From Dicyema japonicum (lineage: Eukaryota > Animalia > Dicyemida): 64,000 nucleotides of DNA. The notes below the pieces were generated by a model that was given only the letters and a program-made list of their open reading frames with translations, had not been told where the DNA came from and made no database searches. Both the position numbers and the translations under genes were made by a program. Of the stretch, positions 40,980 through 54,153 are shown one piece after another (the first letter of the stretch is position 1; each line of letters begins with the position of its first letter). The stretch spans positions 62,001-126,000 of the forward strand of contig RDEW01000020.1 in the NCBI GenBank assembly GCA_011109175.1, read 5' to 3'.

Positions 40980-41509
40980 CCTCTAAGTTTTCCATCAACT
41001 TAAGTTTTTCGATATTGATGGTTCAGAGTCTATGTTACCACTTGCCGCAAATTTAATTTGGATAGAGGTCCCATAAACAATCTCAGGTCGTCTTGAAAAC
41101 ATAAGAATTCGATTAGACAGATTAAACAGTTATCTTTGAAATTTTTAATGATTCCAGCATCCAATGGTTGAAGAAATGCCGTCGTATTTTTTGGCAAACT
41201 AAACGTTGATATTTTGTGGCAGCGTTATCCAATAATATTAAGATTTTTTTTTGAAAAATAATTTTTTCATTAATTTTTTGAAGCCAGGATGCAAAAATGT
41301 CTCCTGTCATCCACGCATTTTTGGACAGAGTATAAATTTCCATAAATTTCAGAAAAAATATAATAAAAAATTAATGCCACAAATAGAAGTGCTAAATTTA
41401 ATTGATTTGTCATACTTTTGGTAGAAAATTTATAGAGCGCCCCAAAAACGGAGTTTTAATACAAGTGCCTCACCTCGGAGGTGCAGCCCAAATAGAGGTC
41501 AGACTGTAT
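40980..41509 (-). mobile_element. pogo/Tigger transposase remnant with one TIR-like end
   Basis: KNAWMTGDIFASWLQKIN..KKILILLDNA; TACAGTCTGACCTC end at about 41509, similar to the end at about 51926. Confidence 0.7.
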
Positions 41510-43849
41510 TACAGGTTAATATACAAAAAGTCGAAATTGTAACTTTTGCATTAGCGTAATATGAGATTCTGGAAATCAAGGGAATACAAAGGAGGTCCTT
41601 ATGTTATGAGAGGTCGAACATTAAAATTTCATATTAATGTTAAAAATAAACTTTTAAAGATCACGGATAGGTCAGAGACCACTATTGAAGGTCCTCAAGT
41701 CATAAGAAGTCGAAATTTTATTTTCCCAAAACAAGCTAATCCTGGAAAAATTATACTCATGTGCTTGAGATGACCTTTACAAGGTCAATTAATTTAATTT
41801 ATAGAAAAAAATTAAGCCAGACAATAGTTGTCAAAAAGACAGTGATCATTGCGCGAACGATGGCAATTCCAAAAAGTTAATGAAACCAACGACGTTCCCA
41901 AGGATCTTCCAGTCTCGACGAGATTGTGGTTCCAATCTCTCAAAGAACACCTCTGGTGACAGGCCCCGCTACATCTAAAGTCTCAAACGCAATTATGACG
42001 AAGCAGAAACGGTCCCAGCAGAATATTTATCCAACTTCCTCCGTTCTACAGACTGAATCTGTATTGGGCATCATATATTCGTTCAGGAAAAAGTATCAAC
42101 ACACACTTAATTGACATTTGACAAAGTTATTATTATTATTACCCCCAGGATCACTGGGTCAAAGAGAAAGAAATAAAAGTTCTCATCTAACTAAGTGATC
42201 CCAGACCGACAAAGGTGAGGACGAGTCCGGCGGAGTCGAGAATCCTGAACAGCTCTTCTCATTGGACATGGCATCGGCTCAAAATTTCTGTATGATTGTA
42301 GATAATTCGATAGTATTTGGAATTTGGAATAGAGGAATAATGGATAATGGAATAATGGAATAGAGGACAAAGTTATTAAATAAAGCTTTGTATAAAATTA
42401 TAATATTTGAATTTAAAATTAAAAAAATTAATTGAATTTTAAATTAAAATTATTTATCATATATACATAAAAAATCAAATTTAAGGAAAAATTTTAAATT
42501 TAAATGTTCATCTCCTCATGTAGACCGAGACTCTAACAAATCTCCGCAATATTCTCTAGCCAGTTCGTAAAAATTTAATCCTGTAGAAAAGAGGACCAAT
42601 CTTCGACTCAATACACGTTTTTGGTCCTCAAGGCTGTGGAAAGTCGTCCTTTCTAGCCTACATTCTCACATAACCACATCACATCTTCTTGGACTCCTCT
42701 TAGTGCTATAACGACTGCGTCTTATGGAGTTACACATGTTCCAAACTCAATTCATTGGTGATTCTGTTACGGATTTCATCAATTCCGTTAACGGAATTAA
42801 TCCCCCTCCTATTTTGGTTGACTTCTTCCTCATTCCGGGTCCTCGACTCAGCTGAGAAGTTGCCCACTCACATTTTGAACGTGTTTTTAAAAATCAGGAG
42901 CATTTCATCAGCCACTGTGGTCTTCGTCAGTCATGCCATGTGGGCTGACCTCACGAACGGATCTTCGACGGTTCTGAGTTTCTACGTCCCCAATATTCTC
43001 TCAGTTTTGCTTGAGATCATATGTAGACGATATATCAGCCATTCTAGCAGCCCATGTAGCCAAAGAGAGGTCCCCGATGGTAGATCTGTTCGTAGATCTT
43101 GTTGTGAGGACCGTGGTGGACAAATGGACCCGTAATTTGAACCACGTGGTTCCATGTGTACATGTAATACTCAAATTTAGGCCAAAATGCTTTATGAAAA
43201 GTGCGTCCGGCCAAACGAGGACAGGATCAGCCTGAATCCCCAATCTTTGTGGAAATTTCTCGAATCAGAGCTCACTAACCTACCCCGGTGGCTATTTCTG
43301 AGGTATGTCGACTTATATAATCGAAAGATCGTCTTCTACTGAGTCCCATGTGGACTTGCCGTACAATCTAAAACTCGTGCTCATCTGTGCATTCATAGCC
43401 TCGTATAATCCGGCTTCTTCTGACTGCAAGTACTTCACAAAGGCGGGAACCAAGAAGAAAAAATCGCGGAAGGAGACCGAATATGTATGATTATTTTGAG
43501 GGAACTTAGAGGCCACAATGCGGCGGACCTCGGACGTTTGAGTTGGATCGGATCTCTGCGATTCACCACGTGTTACGGAGCTACGTGGGTCTTGAGTGTC
43601 GTTATGACTTGAATATTTACGTATTTTGCAGTTTTATGCATGTAGTTAGCCATGCTGGTCTCCTTGAGGATGCTGACTATGACTGGGGGGTTGGATTCCC
43701 CTAGATTTAGATGCTTGGTGTCTCATGAATGGGTTAAACAAGTGGCCCACTCAATAGATTTTAATCTTGGAGTCTATACATTTGATTTTAATATTCATTG
43801 ATTTTTTGTTAAATACTTTAAATTTTTATTTAATTATTATATTTTCTGC

Positions 43850-46800
43850 TTGTTTCTACTGTTTTACAAAGAAGCATTTTCATCGGACCTATCTACGAAA
43901 GATTTTGATAGAGAAACCAATTGTAACGTAGACCATGTGGGGCTGTGTGAGACTCAAGAAAAAGGACTACCTCCTAGTCTGGTGTCACAGCCAGATTGCC
44001 GTGCAAATCTCCTTCCTTTAAATGCTATTATCGACCAAGTGGATTATAAAGAGAGTTGGAATGGACGTCTGAAGTTGTTCGAGCTGCTCAAGCAAGATTC
44101 GGAGAATTCCTCGTGGTGGCTGGCCGTTAATCACTCGGTCTTTTAATGAGAAGTTTGTTATGTCCAAATCGATTGCAAACTTGAAGAGTTTGGCCAAGTT
44201 AAAGTCGTCAAAATCCAAGTTTTGGGAATAATGCATACAGCACCGACATCTCTAATTTTAGAGTTTGTTCAAATGAACTTTGTGCCCAAATTAATCGAGT
44301 ATAATCCATGCCTCGTGTATTACGGAAGCCTACCAAAAAGTCCCCTTCCAACTTCTCAACAAAGAAATTCTCTCGGGGATTAACTCTTCAATATGGCAAT
44401 ATATCAATTCCTACCCTTCTGCTAATTTGAATGATATTACAGATATCATTTATGCTGGGCAGTTAACATATGATGCTCTCTCAATCTACGAGAAAAGAGC
44501 CAGTGGGTTGAGCGCATGCAAGGAAGACTTCTGAAGTTGAATAAACAGCTCAAGCAAATCTCGGTGCTTGTCGAACAGAAGGAAAATAAGAGGTTCGAAG
44601 ACGATACGTGGGATACACTGTGCCAATATGGATTTCGAAAGTTGAAGAAAGGTAAATTGGGAAAAATAGTTAGTTGCATTCAGGATAAAATAAAGATCGT
44701 GAGAGAAAAAACTCAGAGTACATGAATCCCGGAAAGAATTCAGGAAACAAAATTGTGTTTCGAACTCAATCGAAAGCTTTTTTACCAAAAGTTAAATGGA
44801 GAAACCAGGGATGCCATATTTTGTTTTAGTGAAAGTGAATGTCTAGCATTTTGGGAAAATATTTGGAAGGAGCATGATATCAAGGAGAACACATAAACGA
44901 TGAGTAGAAGAGTTACTGGAGTAAAAGACACATTTGTAGACTGCAGGAAAGAAGATATCCTTGAAATTAAATCCTGCCTAATTGGAAAGCCAGTGGTGTG
45001 ATGGGTGTACAACTCCCTTCTTAAAAGATTTATTTCAATCCATGATAAACTCTGTGAAGAGGTTGGCAAAATAAATGATTATTCCCCTGATGAGTGGTTT
45101 TACACAGGGATTACATATCTTATCCCGAAGGAAAAGAGATATATGTCAATCCCCAAAGACTTGAGGCCGATTACATTCATGACTAACTTATATAAGTTAG
45201 TGACAAAATGTGTTAACCATAAATTGTCAGACTATATTGAAGAATTCGATCTTGTGAGTGATAATCAACTGGGAACTAAAAGGATGTGTCAAGGCTAAAG
45301 AACAGGTAATACTTAAGCAGTGTAGAACTAAAAAGAATGGGAACAATTTGTCTTCGACATGGATAGATGTTAAGAAAGCATTCGATTCTGTAAATCATGA
45401 CTTTTTATACAAAGTCTTGGACAACTCTGGACTCCCATACTGGATCGTGAATTTCATTAAGAATTTGGCAACCAAATGGAAAATCAGACTCAACTTTAAT
45501 CAAAAAGAAATTGAGAAGTTGAATTGAAGCGAGGGATCTTGCAAGGCGATTCGTTGTCACCACAAATCTTTGTACTTCTGTTGGATCCTCTCAGCAGGAT
45601 TTTGAATGCAAAATACTTAAAGGTGACCATAGATTACCTGAAAATATTTTCCCACAAAAAGGATACAATGTTTATGACGAATGAAGTTAATATGTTCTTC
45701 GAAGCTGCTGGACTTGCACCAAATTCAGAAAAATCGGCTACTAATGTTTCTGGGTTGAGCTCCCAAGCCAAACTACTGGATGGAATAGAGGGATATCGAT
45801 ACCTTGGTGTGCTGAAGGACAAAAATAGGATCATTTTGAAAAAGTAATTTCTAAAGACGATTTTTGATGGAGATAAGAATAGAATTGACAACTTGGCAGT
45901 GACAAAATTAAATTCTGGGAACCTGTTCAAGGCCATGAATGAGCATGATTTATCTCTCCACAACTATACATCGGATTAATTGATATCGAACCAACTGAAA
46001 TTGAACTCATTGACGGGGATATACGAAAAATCCTTGTAAATCATAGGATTCACTTTAAACACGGAAACAGAGAACGACTTTATTTACCAAGAGATCAGCT
46101 CGGAAGGTCTAGTCTCCATTACACACAAAAGTAAACGCATGCTGCTCCAATTCCTATGGATGTTGGAAAGAAATCATGCTATTGTCTGAGGAAGGCAGGA
46201 ATTCTACAGACCATCAAATCAAAGAAAACTCATATGGTCACAATCATAGAATTCCTCAACCGAAAATATAAAATTCAATAACCCGATATTCTCAAAATGG
46301 ACACATTGAAAGAACTACAGAAAAATGTTTATTGGAACAAATACGTGCAAAACCATTGCATGGAATACTTTTCAACTGTTTGCATAGAAACAACTCACCC
46401 AAATCCGAAGGAATGTTGTGCCTCACTCAAGATCGTAGTTTATTCTTCGATTGTATTGGCTCTAATCGTGGTCACTGTAGCACTGCTAAAAATGTTGATC
46501 ATTTGGCTACAAGGTGTGGTCGAATGCTGAACAGTGACTATCTTCGCCGACACAACGAAGTAGTGGGATGTATTCATCTGCATCTATGTCGATGGGATAA
46601 AACACTCGAAGAAGCTCAAAGCACACACTCTGCAATTAATAGTCGCCAATGACAATGTTGAAATTCGTGTGGACACCACAATTAATACAAAGACAAATAT
46701 TGAGAGTAACAAGCATGGTATATTTGTTTCGATAAACTAAAGAACATAATTACACTTATTGAGATTGGAATCACTTCAAACACTAAAGCAAGTCGAAGTG

Positions 46801-47070
46801 GAAAAATTGCACAAATATGACCTGCTTGCAGGCGAATCGAGACTAATACGAATTGAGACTAATGCTAAGGTTAACATTGTGCCAATAGTGCTTACCTGGG
46901 ATGGAATTGTATCAAGGTTTTATAAACATCACCATGCTTCGCTTAATGTGGAGAGTCCTATAAGAGCGTACATCCAATCTCAAGTGATCAAGAAGACCTT
47001 GGAGAGCATACGAGTAGAACACAAATATGGACTTACTCTTGAAGAAGGATTTATGGACTTACCATTATAG
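43850..47070 (+). mobile_element. Near full-length but frameshifted R4/Dong-like RLE retrotransposon
   Basis: IIYAGQLTY, DLRPIT, WIDVKKAFDSV, GILQGDSLSP, YRYLG, ERLYLPRDQLG, DHLATRC..RRHNEVV, EVEKLHKYD. Same family as 3050-4310. Confidence 0.9.
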
Positions 47071-47549
47071 AAGGACTAACGAGCCAAATATGCAACTTTG
47101 GACAGGAACAAAATGGACAAACTGGGATAACAAATAATTTAGATGTTATTCAGGATGAGTCTGTGCTCTTGGTCGGGTTGGGCCATAAGAGAAGGAGAAT
47201 GTGCTAGGGATGATAACATAGAAGGAGCCCCTACATTAGTTAATTTAATTCTGACGTTAATATTATTATTATTATTTTTTAATTTAATTTAGTCGGTCCA
47301 TGGTTCAAAGCCATTCCTAATGGTGTTTCAGGTACCTTTCTGGATGATGAATGCGTCTATATTGGGATATCACTACGACTGGGATTAAAAGTCTGTTTGC
47401 CGCATCTGTGCCGATGCGGAGATCAAATCGATTGTTTTTGGCTACACCCTGCCACGCAGTCACTCTATATGACCATTTGCTCACTTTTTTCCGTAAGAAT
47501 GTTTGTATATATTTGAAGTCTCTAACGCTTTTAAGACATTCGTGCAATT

Positions 47550-48080
47550 AAGTGACGTCATCACCTCAGCCAAAAAAGGACAGCTTTCGAAGAAAGACTC
47601 TCGCTACAGCTTCTCTGCATAAAGTTAAAAAGAACTGGATTCACGAAAGACGATCAAGTACATCATTCTGGCTAATGCTATACAATACCCTTGTTAAACC
47701 AGTCCTACTATATAATTCATCAACGTGGGCGATTTTTGAGGCTGAAGAACAGGGGATAGACTCATTTCATCGAAGACAGTTGAGTACACTGCTCGAGTTA
47801 AATTGGCCAAGGAAAATAAGCAAGAGAGCTTTATTATAATGTTTGCTCCACTGGTCCTTTGAGTTTCGAGATCACTGATTTGATATGGAGGCTCGTTGAA
47901 CATACTGAGATTGGAGATGGATACCCCAGCTAATATAGCGACGGAGGAGTAATTTGTTGACGTTTCTGTGGACGCCCGCGAATCACGTTCCCTAGGATAC
48001 CTGACTGATCTCAAGAATGAAAAAAGGAAATTGAAATATGGAGAACATCTGGATGACTTGAGAGAGGTTGACACGATCGC
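47550..48080 (+). mobile_element. RTE-clade 3' fragment
   Basis: RRKTLATASLH..LYNTLVKPVLLYNSSTW..FHRRQL; same family as 16363-17888. Confidence 0.75.
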
Positions 48081-48109
48081 GGAAGTTGGGACACAAACGA
48101 CACTTCGTT

Positions 48110-48810
48110 TATTTATTTAATTTATTAACCCCGAAATCACGAAAAAGAGGATAAAAGTTATCGTCTAATTAAGTGACTCCGGTGTCCATACCAGTCCTTT
48201 TCCTGCGATTAGTTTTAGAGTCCTGGATTAATCTTTACAGCGGGAAAGGTTTCTTCTCATATCTCGGGCAGGGGTCCATATATAGTTTGAAGTCCAGCAC
48301 GAGGGGATAGTCAGGGGACTTTACAATTTTGAGGAAGTTCCGGTAAGGTATTCCACGATTGGGAGGACGATTAGTGTTCTCGGTAGTAACGAGGTGGACG
48401 TCTTCTTCAACAACCTCAATAGTGTTCTGAGATATCGATTTTGTAAAAATTCCAGCTTGCTCTGTGGTGATAAAGGGGCAATCCATGCAGCACAGGGGTA
48501 CTCGATACCTGGTAGAACAAATTGTTTGTATAAAAGCTCTAACGATGGTCGGGAAGATATTGGAGTGTGAGTGAAAGACCTGAGAATTCCGATTTTCTTT
48601 TGGATCCTCACGGTTACTAGGTCCACTTGATTATAAAATGTGAGGAGGGGATTCAGGAAGACTTCAAGGATTGAAAGAATCTTCTTAAAGGGAAGCGGGG
48701 AGTCATATAATTTTATTCGTGGTGTTGCCATATATCGTTTCGTGCTGAAGTAAACGTCATTACATGTGACTTTCATTGTGATATATTCAGACGGTTCTTC
48801 AGGAACCAAA
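48110..48810 (-). mobile_element. I/Jockey-like 3' fragment with tail
   Basis: LYKQFVLPGIEYPCAAW; GTCACTTAATTAG...GGGGTTAATAAATTAAAT tail. Confidence 0.7.
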
Positions 48811-48922
48811 GACCCATCAGGTTTAGTAGATCTTGATAGTAGATCGTTTATAAATTTGATAAATTTTTTTAATATTAAAATTTATTCAAATAAAATATTA
48901 AATTAATAAATTAACATAATAA

Positions 48923-49669
48923 ATGAACTATAAACCTGACAAAAATTTAGGTGTCATATATATTTATTAATAGCCATACGTCGCCTTTTAATTGAAGCAC
49001 ACGAGTTAAGTCAACCAACAGAGATGTACTACGCCCAGCCTTGTGAAGATAATCTGTTCGAGTGGCACTTTACTATTCGTGGCCCACAATACACAGACTT
49101 CCAAAGTGGAATCTATCATGGAAAATTATATTTTTCTCATGATTACCCGATTGAGCCTCCAGAGTTCAGTTTTTTTACTGTAATTTTATGACCCAATTTA
49201 GAAAAATGGACTTTATCGCCTCAATGAGAGGATAAAAATTTATCCATCTTCGCTCGAATATGACTTTTGGCAACCTGCTTGGTCAAGTTGATTTTTACAT
49301 GATATTCTAGTATCCACAGTGTTGTTAGGAATTATGTACTCTTTTACCAAGTATGACAAATATTGTTTTGAGATGATTGATTCTGATCGAAAAAAACTAG
49401 ACTACTGACTGCTCTATCACGATCATTTATGCTCATCATGTGGAGAGACTAGATTTCTTTTAACAGAAGATGAAAAGTATTCACGCCCTACAATATACAA
49501 GGAAGATTCCAATCAAATTTTGAAAGGATTATGCAGTAGTTACAAGGATATTTCATTAGATGCGAGAAGAGAAGAGACTGCTGACTCTGATGGGGGTAGT
49601 GAGGATGAGTTATCAGTTAGCTCATCTAAGAGGAGGAAGTTGACATCAAGTGATTCAGATAATAGCTGA
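48923..49669 (+). CDS. UBE2J1: UBE2J1-like ubiquitin-conjugating protein lacking the catalytic Cys; in-frame TGA at 49406
   Basis: AIRRLLIEAHEL, AQPCEDNLFEWHFTIRGP, GIYHGK, WQPAWS; three 22-24-nt introns. Not in the ORF track. Confidence 0.8.
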
Positions 49670-50199
49670 ATAGTATTTAGATTATATACTTTGTTCTAAA
49701 TTATTATTAACTAACCCATAAAAAGCTAATACCAAGAAAGAAGGACTTTAACTATCTAAACCTCAGGAGGATCAAGATGTTACTGCTGTGGTCTTTCAAT
49801 GTACTTACAGCTTTTCTAAATCCATGACGATCCTCTTGCGTCAGAATTTGGAGTGGATATTTTTCTCAATTTAAGTGTTTTGATGCTTCTAACGCTAATT
49901 GATACAAGCGATCAGATTCGGAGCCGCAGAGAGTATGAAACTGAACCATCGCTCATGATTACCGCGTGATCAAGTAATGAAGGAGATAGTTGAGCAGAAA
50001 TTAGTTAAGGAAACCATTTTTTGCTCTTAAAGAATTAATTGCGTAGAGGTTCAAAATTGAAATTCCATAGCTCTGAGGGTAATTGAAATTCCATAGCTCA
50101 GAGGGGACATGCATATTCCACGGTCATATTAATGATCTGATTATATAAGACGTCTTGGTCCTAGAGTTTTGAATATTTTTTTATGTCTAGTTTTTGGGG

Positions 50200-51180
50200 A
50201 TCTTTAGCCAGAACTTTCTTCACATGTTGGGGAAAAGAGAGAGCAAGGGCCAAAGGTCACTCCAGTATTCACGGATGTCTATTCATGGGAATGATATCTC
50301 CATGAAGGTCGATTTGTTGTGTATACGTTTGTATCCGATCGATTGTAAAATTGGTATATGAAGATTTTTCCATCGACCGGGAGACTCGGTTCGAATGTGC
50401 CTCCGTGTTGGTAGTTGCAAGAGGGCAAATGAGGTTTAATTTTCAAAAGCATGAGTTTTTCCATGAACACGATAACGCGCACGTCAGGGATAACGGGTTG
50501 CAAGATGAAGGTGAGAGTTTTCATCGATCTTATTCCGTGAGTCGGCATGCAATAACAGATAACATTATTTTATTCAAAACCCCAACTAACTAAACAAGGT
50601 AAGAGCCATTAACTAAAGAGGAAAGCCAAGATTTGGGGTCGTCTATATCGGGGCACTCTCATGAGACACCGTATGTCTCTTCTCCGTAAAAAGCCCCAAT
50701 TACAATGCGAGTTTCCACAAGAATGTAATAAATCACCGATTCTTCTCGTTTTTCTTTCGTATTCGTCATCAATTTCAGATGCTAAATCCAATCCATGTGC
50801 TTCAATTTAGTTTCGTTTATAATTAGAACTTCCATCTGGATCGTGCTGGCTATAGCAACCAGCACTGAGGCCCGTTTCCGAAGAGAACGGGCATTAATCA
50901 GGGTTATCCTGACTACTTCTGGTTTTTTCGGTGGCTGCCCTCTCTTCTTAAGAGCACCACTCTCTTCTCTGTGTTGAAGCTTCTACTGTTTCTTTTTTAG
51001 AAGGTTTCTTATTATATGTCGTATTCCAGCCAGTCTGCCCATACATTCTAAACTCTGACTTTAATTTCTTATTCGTTCCAGTTTTGGAAACTTCACTTTC
51101 TCCATTATGGGCATTTTCTCGTTTTAGAAATAATTTTCCATTCGATTCTTTCCTTTTTTGGTCAATTTTGTTTTTCTTCG
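50200..51180 (-). mobile_element. Decayed APE endonuclease 5' region of a non-LTR element
   Basis: VRITLINARSLRKR..VLIINETKL (APE motif I) and an LVGVLN motif resembling GDLN. Confidence 0.6.
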
Positions 51181-51216
51181 CAATGTTAGCTTCAACAGCC
51201 TTGGGGCATCTTCCAT

Positions 51217-51525
51217 AATTTAGTTTCGTTTATAATTAGAACTTCCATCTGGATCGTGCTGGCTATAGCAACCAGCACTGAGGCCCGTTTCCAAAGAGAA
51301 CGGGCATTAATCAGGGTTATCCTGACTACTTCTGGTTTTTTTTCGGTGGCTGCCCTCTCTTCTCTGTATTGAAGCTTCTACTGTTTTATATGTCCTATTC
51401 CAGCCAGTTTTAATTTCTTATTCGTTCCAATTTGGAAACTTCACTTTCTCCATTATGGGCATTTTCTCGTTTTAGAGATAATTTTCCATTCGATTCTTTC
51501 CTTTTTGGTCAATTTTGTTTTGTGT
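51217..51525 (-). repeat. Tandem duplicate of about 50803-51180 carrying three deletions of 20, 21 and 25 nt
   Basis: Direct alignment; very high identity outside the deletions. Confidence 0.92.
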
Positions 51526-51979
51526 CGGCATGCAAAAAGAGTTCAACCTATAAGGTTGTTTTGTGTAAAAGATGAAATACATTAGTCTCTCGAATCCGAT
51601 AATTCTCAAATCCGCCAGATTTTTTAATAAATCCACCATGTCTCTTAATTTTAAATATTTTTTAAAATAATTTTATAGGTAAATAATAAATAAATAACTT
51701 ATTAAAACGTTGTCATTGTTTATTGCTGTTTTCATGAAACGTAACTGTACAAGATTAAAAAACAAAAAAAAATTGCCATTTTAAAGTTTATTGAATCGAA
51801 TATTGAGACTTTCTTGCATTAATTAAATTATTAAATTTTTATTGGTGTTAATTTTTTGACAGAACTTCGGTTTTTGGAACAACCTCAGTTTTTGGAACAC
51901 TGTGTTCCAAATCGAGGTCAGACTGTACTTATTTGGTATAATTCTGTCCTTGTGTAATTTATATTTCCAATTTTTTTGA

Positions 51980-52140
51980 AGCCGTTGGTCGGGAGCCGTT
52001 GGTCCAATGACGGCTGAGTTCTTGCGAGAACTCGGAGGATTGCTTGCCAGAAAGAAAAGGGATCAACGAGAAGGGTTATGAAGACAAAAGATTGGAATAG
52101 CCATACTCCGAGGGAACTCGTTCGCAATCCACGAAGCAGG
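51980..52140 (+). mobile_element. CRE-like RLE terminal fragment
   Basis: GPMTAEFLRELGGLLARKKRDQREG..RQKIGIAILRGNS. Confidence 0.6.
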
Positions 52141-52859
52141 CTTCCTCAACTGACATTTGTTTAATTGTTAAAAAATTTTTTTTGAATCTAATCAAAAATA
52201 ATAGTGATTCCCGACAACTTAAAACTATGGATGAACTTCTAAGCCAGGGTTTTCCTTGTGGGCGATATGAAATTTCAGGTGGGCGTTTTTGAGATATGAA
52301 GCCTTCTGATTGGTGGTGAACCCATAATATGACATTGGATATGGAAAATAATCAACGTTCAATTTTGAAAAATACGAAATTTAATGCAAAACGAGATGAG
52401 TATATACTCGTATTTAATTTTTTTCAAAGGCAGATTAGGAATTGCTTTTGACCTGGAAACCGATACAACGTAAATATCAATTTTTAAATGTGAATCAAAG
52501 CTATTATAATTTAATTATAGTTGCATACCCAACTGATGAGGACCTTCATGGTTGGTTTTATCGCTGTTTTATTTCTTAGTTTAAACAGTAGGGACTCGAT
52601 GTTATGCTAAGTCATTGGTTGGTTAATCGACAGCATCTGTTAGCTAAATTTACTAAAGGTCACCTACATGACTCTCTCACTACAGTTATTTTGTCTGTAA
52701 ACAAAATCAAATAGTCTTTTCTACAGCTGTGTGTTAACAATGAAGATGTTGTACGACTGTTTATGCACACTTAATTGATATTAAAGGGGGACTGTCTGGT
52801 GCGGATATTCTCTCTCTTTACCAGTCTAGTAGAGTTTCTCTAATTGTCGAACGATAAAC

Positions 52860-54080
52860 TTGGTCAGGTACTAATAATAAAAACACCAGAGACCACGGTT
52901 ACACAAACTAGCTAATCTCGTGATCCCAGCACGCTCTAGCAGGGACCTCATCTTGGCCCGATGCTTTTTCCTCGACCCCACACAAGCATGTATCGGTCGA
53001 GTGACTGGACCTTAGCAGTCACGACGGTGCGTTCCATGGTTCATTCTTATCAAGGTTTCAAGATGCATTGGTGGCTAGAACTCTCCAGAAATCCAGAGTT
53101 CCTTGATTTTGGAGGCTCTTTCCCGGCTAGCCTCGATCTTCAAGACCAAGAGATGAATGGGCACCATATACCACATGCATAAGAGATTCATGGTTCAATG
53201 ATTTTTTTATATACAGTGCTCAAAACAGAATGCTTTTTTATTTTTTTTATTTTTATTGAACCAAAAAACCATCTTCATATCCAAAATAAACAAAATTCAG
53301 GTTATCCCAGCCTCCCTCAACAGTCTCAGCATCTTTCCTCGGTGTTCCGACTACGTTCCTGCGCATTTCCGATATGGACAGGGTCCGCATACTTGAGTCT
53401 TTAGCAGAATCCTTTTCGATTTTCCATAAACCTGTGAGGCATTTCAGAACATTAGTTTTCTTTTCGCATTTCGTAATTACGTTTTCAACGTGGAGGAGAA
53501 TGACATATGCATGTCAAAAGTCACCCCAAAGATCTTTTGAGATTTTCTGAAATGAATAGCTTCATTGTTTGCCTTCAGTTCCACCGTCCGTCTTCCCAGT
53601 CTCTTGTCTGAAGTGAATAGGGTTGTGACGGACTTTTCATTATTGGCAGTTAGGCGATTCTTTGATAGCCATTCTTCAAGACGGTCCAGATTTTCTTGCA
53701 GTCTCGAAGAGGCAATTTTGATGTCCTGATCGCGTGACGCAATGACGATGTCGTCGGCATAAGTTAGAATATTATCATTTTAGGAGTCTGGATTGGGTAG
53801 GTCCGCCATGAATAAGTTGAATAAAACTGGAGACAAAGGGGATCCTTGGGAAACCCCATTAGGGAGAAGCCGTGAAATAGACCTTGACTGGCCAATGCAG
53901 ACTCGTCTCCTCCGACCAGAGTTTGAGCTTTCCAGGAACTTTTGTTTGGAAAATTTTCCAAGTAAGAATTTTTGAAACAGAGTCAAAAACTTTGTGGGCA
54001 TCTATGGAGCCAAGTACAGTCTTCATGTGTTGGACACAGAATCAAAAGCTTTGTGGACGTCTATGGAGCAAAGTATAGTC
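52860..54080 (-). mobile_element. 5'-truncated I/Jockey-like RT with 3' tail
   Basis: GVSQGSPLSPVLFNLFMADLP, YADDIVIASRDQDI, ILGVTFD; same family as 825-1615. Confidence 0.85.
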
Positions 54081-54153
54081 TTCATGACTTAAAACATTTG
54101 AATAACTAACAATTTATTAAAACATATATAAAATAATTTTATTAAATGGTCAC

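Noticed and set aside
42755-43560. Overlapping ORFs on both strands around the 14-bp palindrome as a real gene or integrase
   Set aside because: No recognisable domain, and stops in all frames; likely decayed mobile DNA.
33400-49410. Nuclear reassignment of TGA to Trp, suggested by a few in-frame TGAs (upstream of the zinc-finger gene, lectin junction, UBE2J1-like gene)
   Set aside because: Every conserved Trp checked in SERCA, eRF1 and the UBE2J1-like gene is TGG; eRF1 and the MIER-like gene end naturally in TGA; the eRF1 S70-equivalent is intact.
51579-51926. MITE bounded by Tigger-like ends
   Set aside because: The right end matches the TIR-like end at about 41509, but the left end is too divergent to call a pair.
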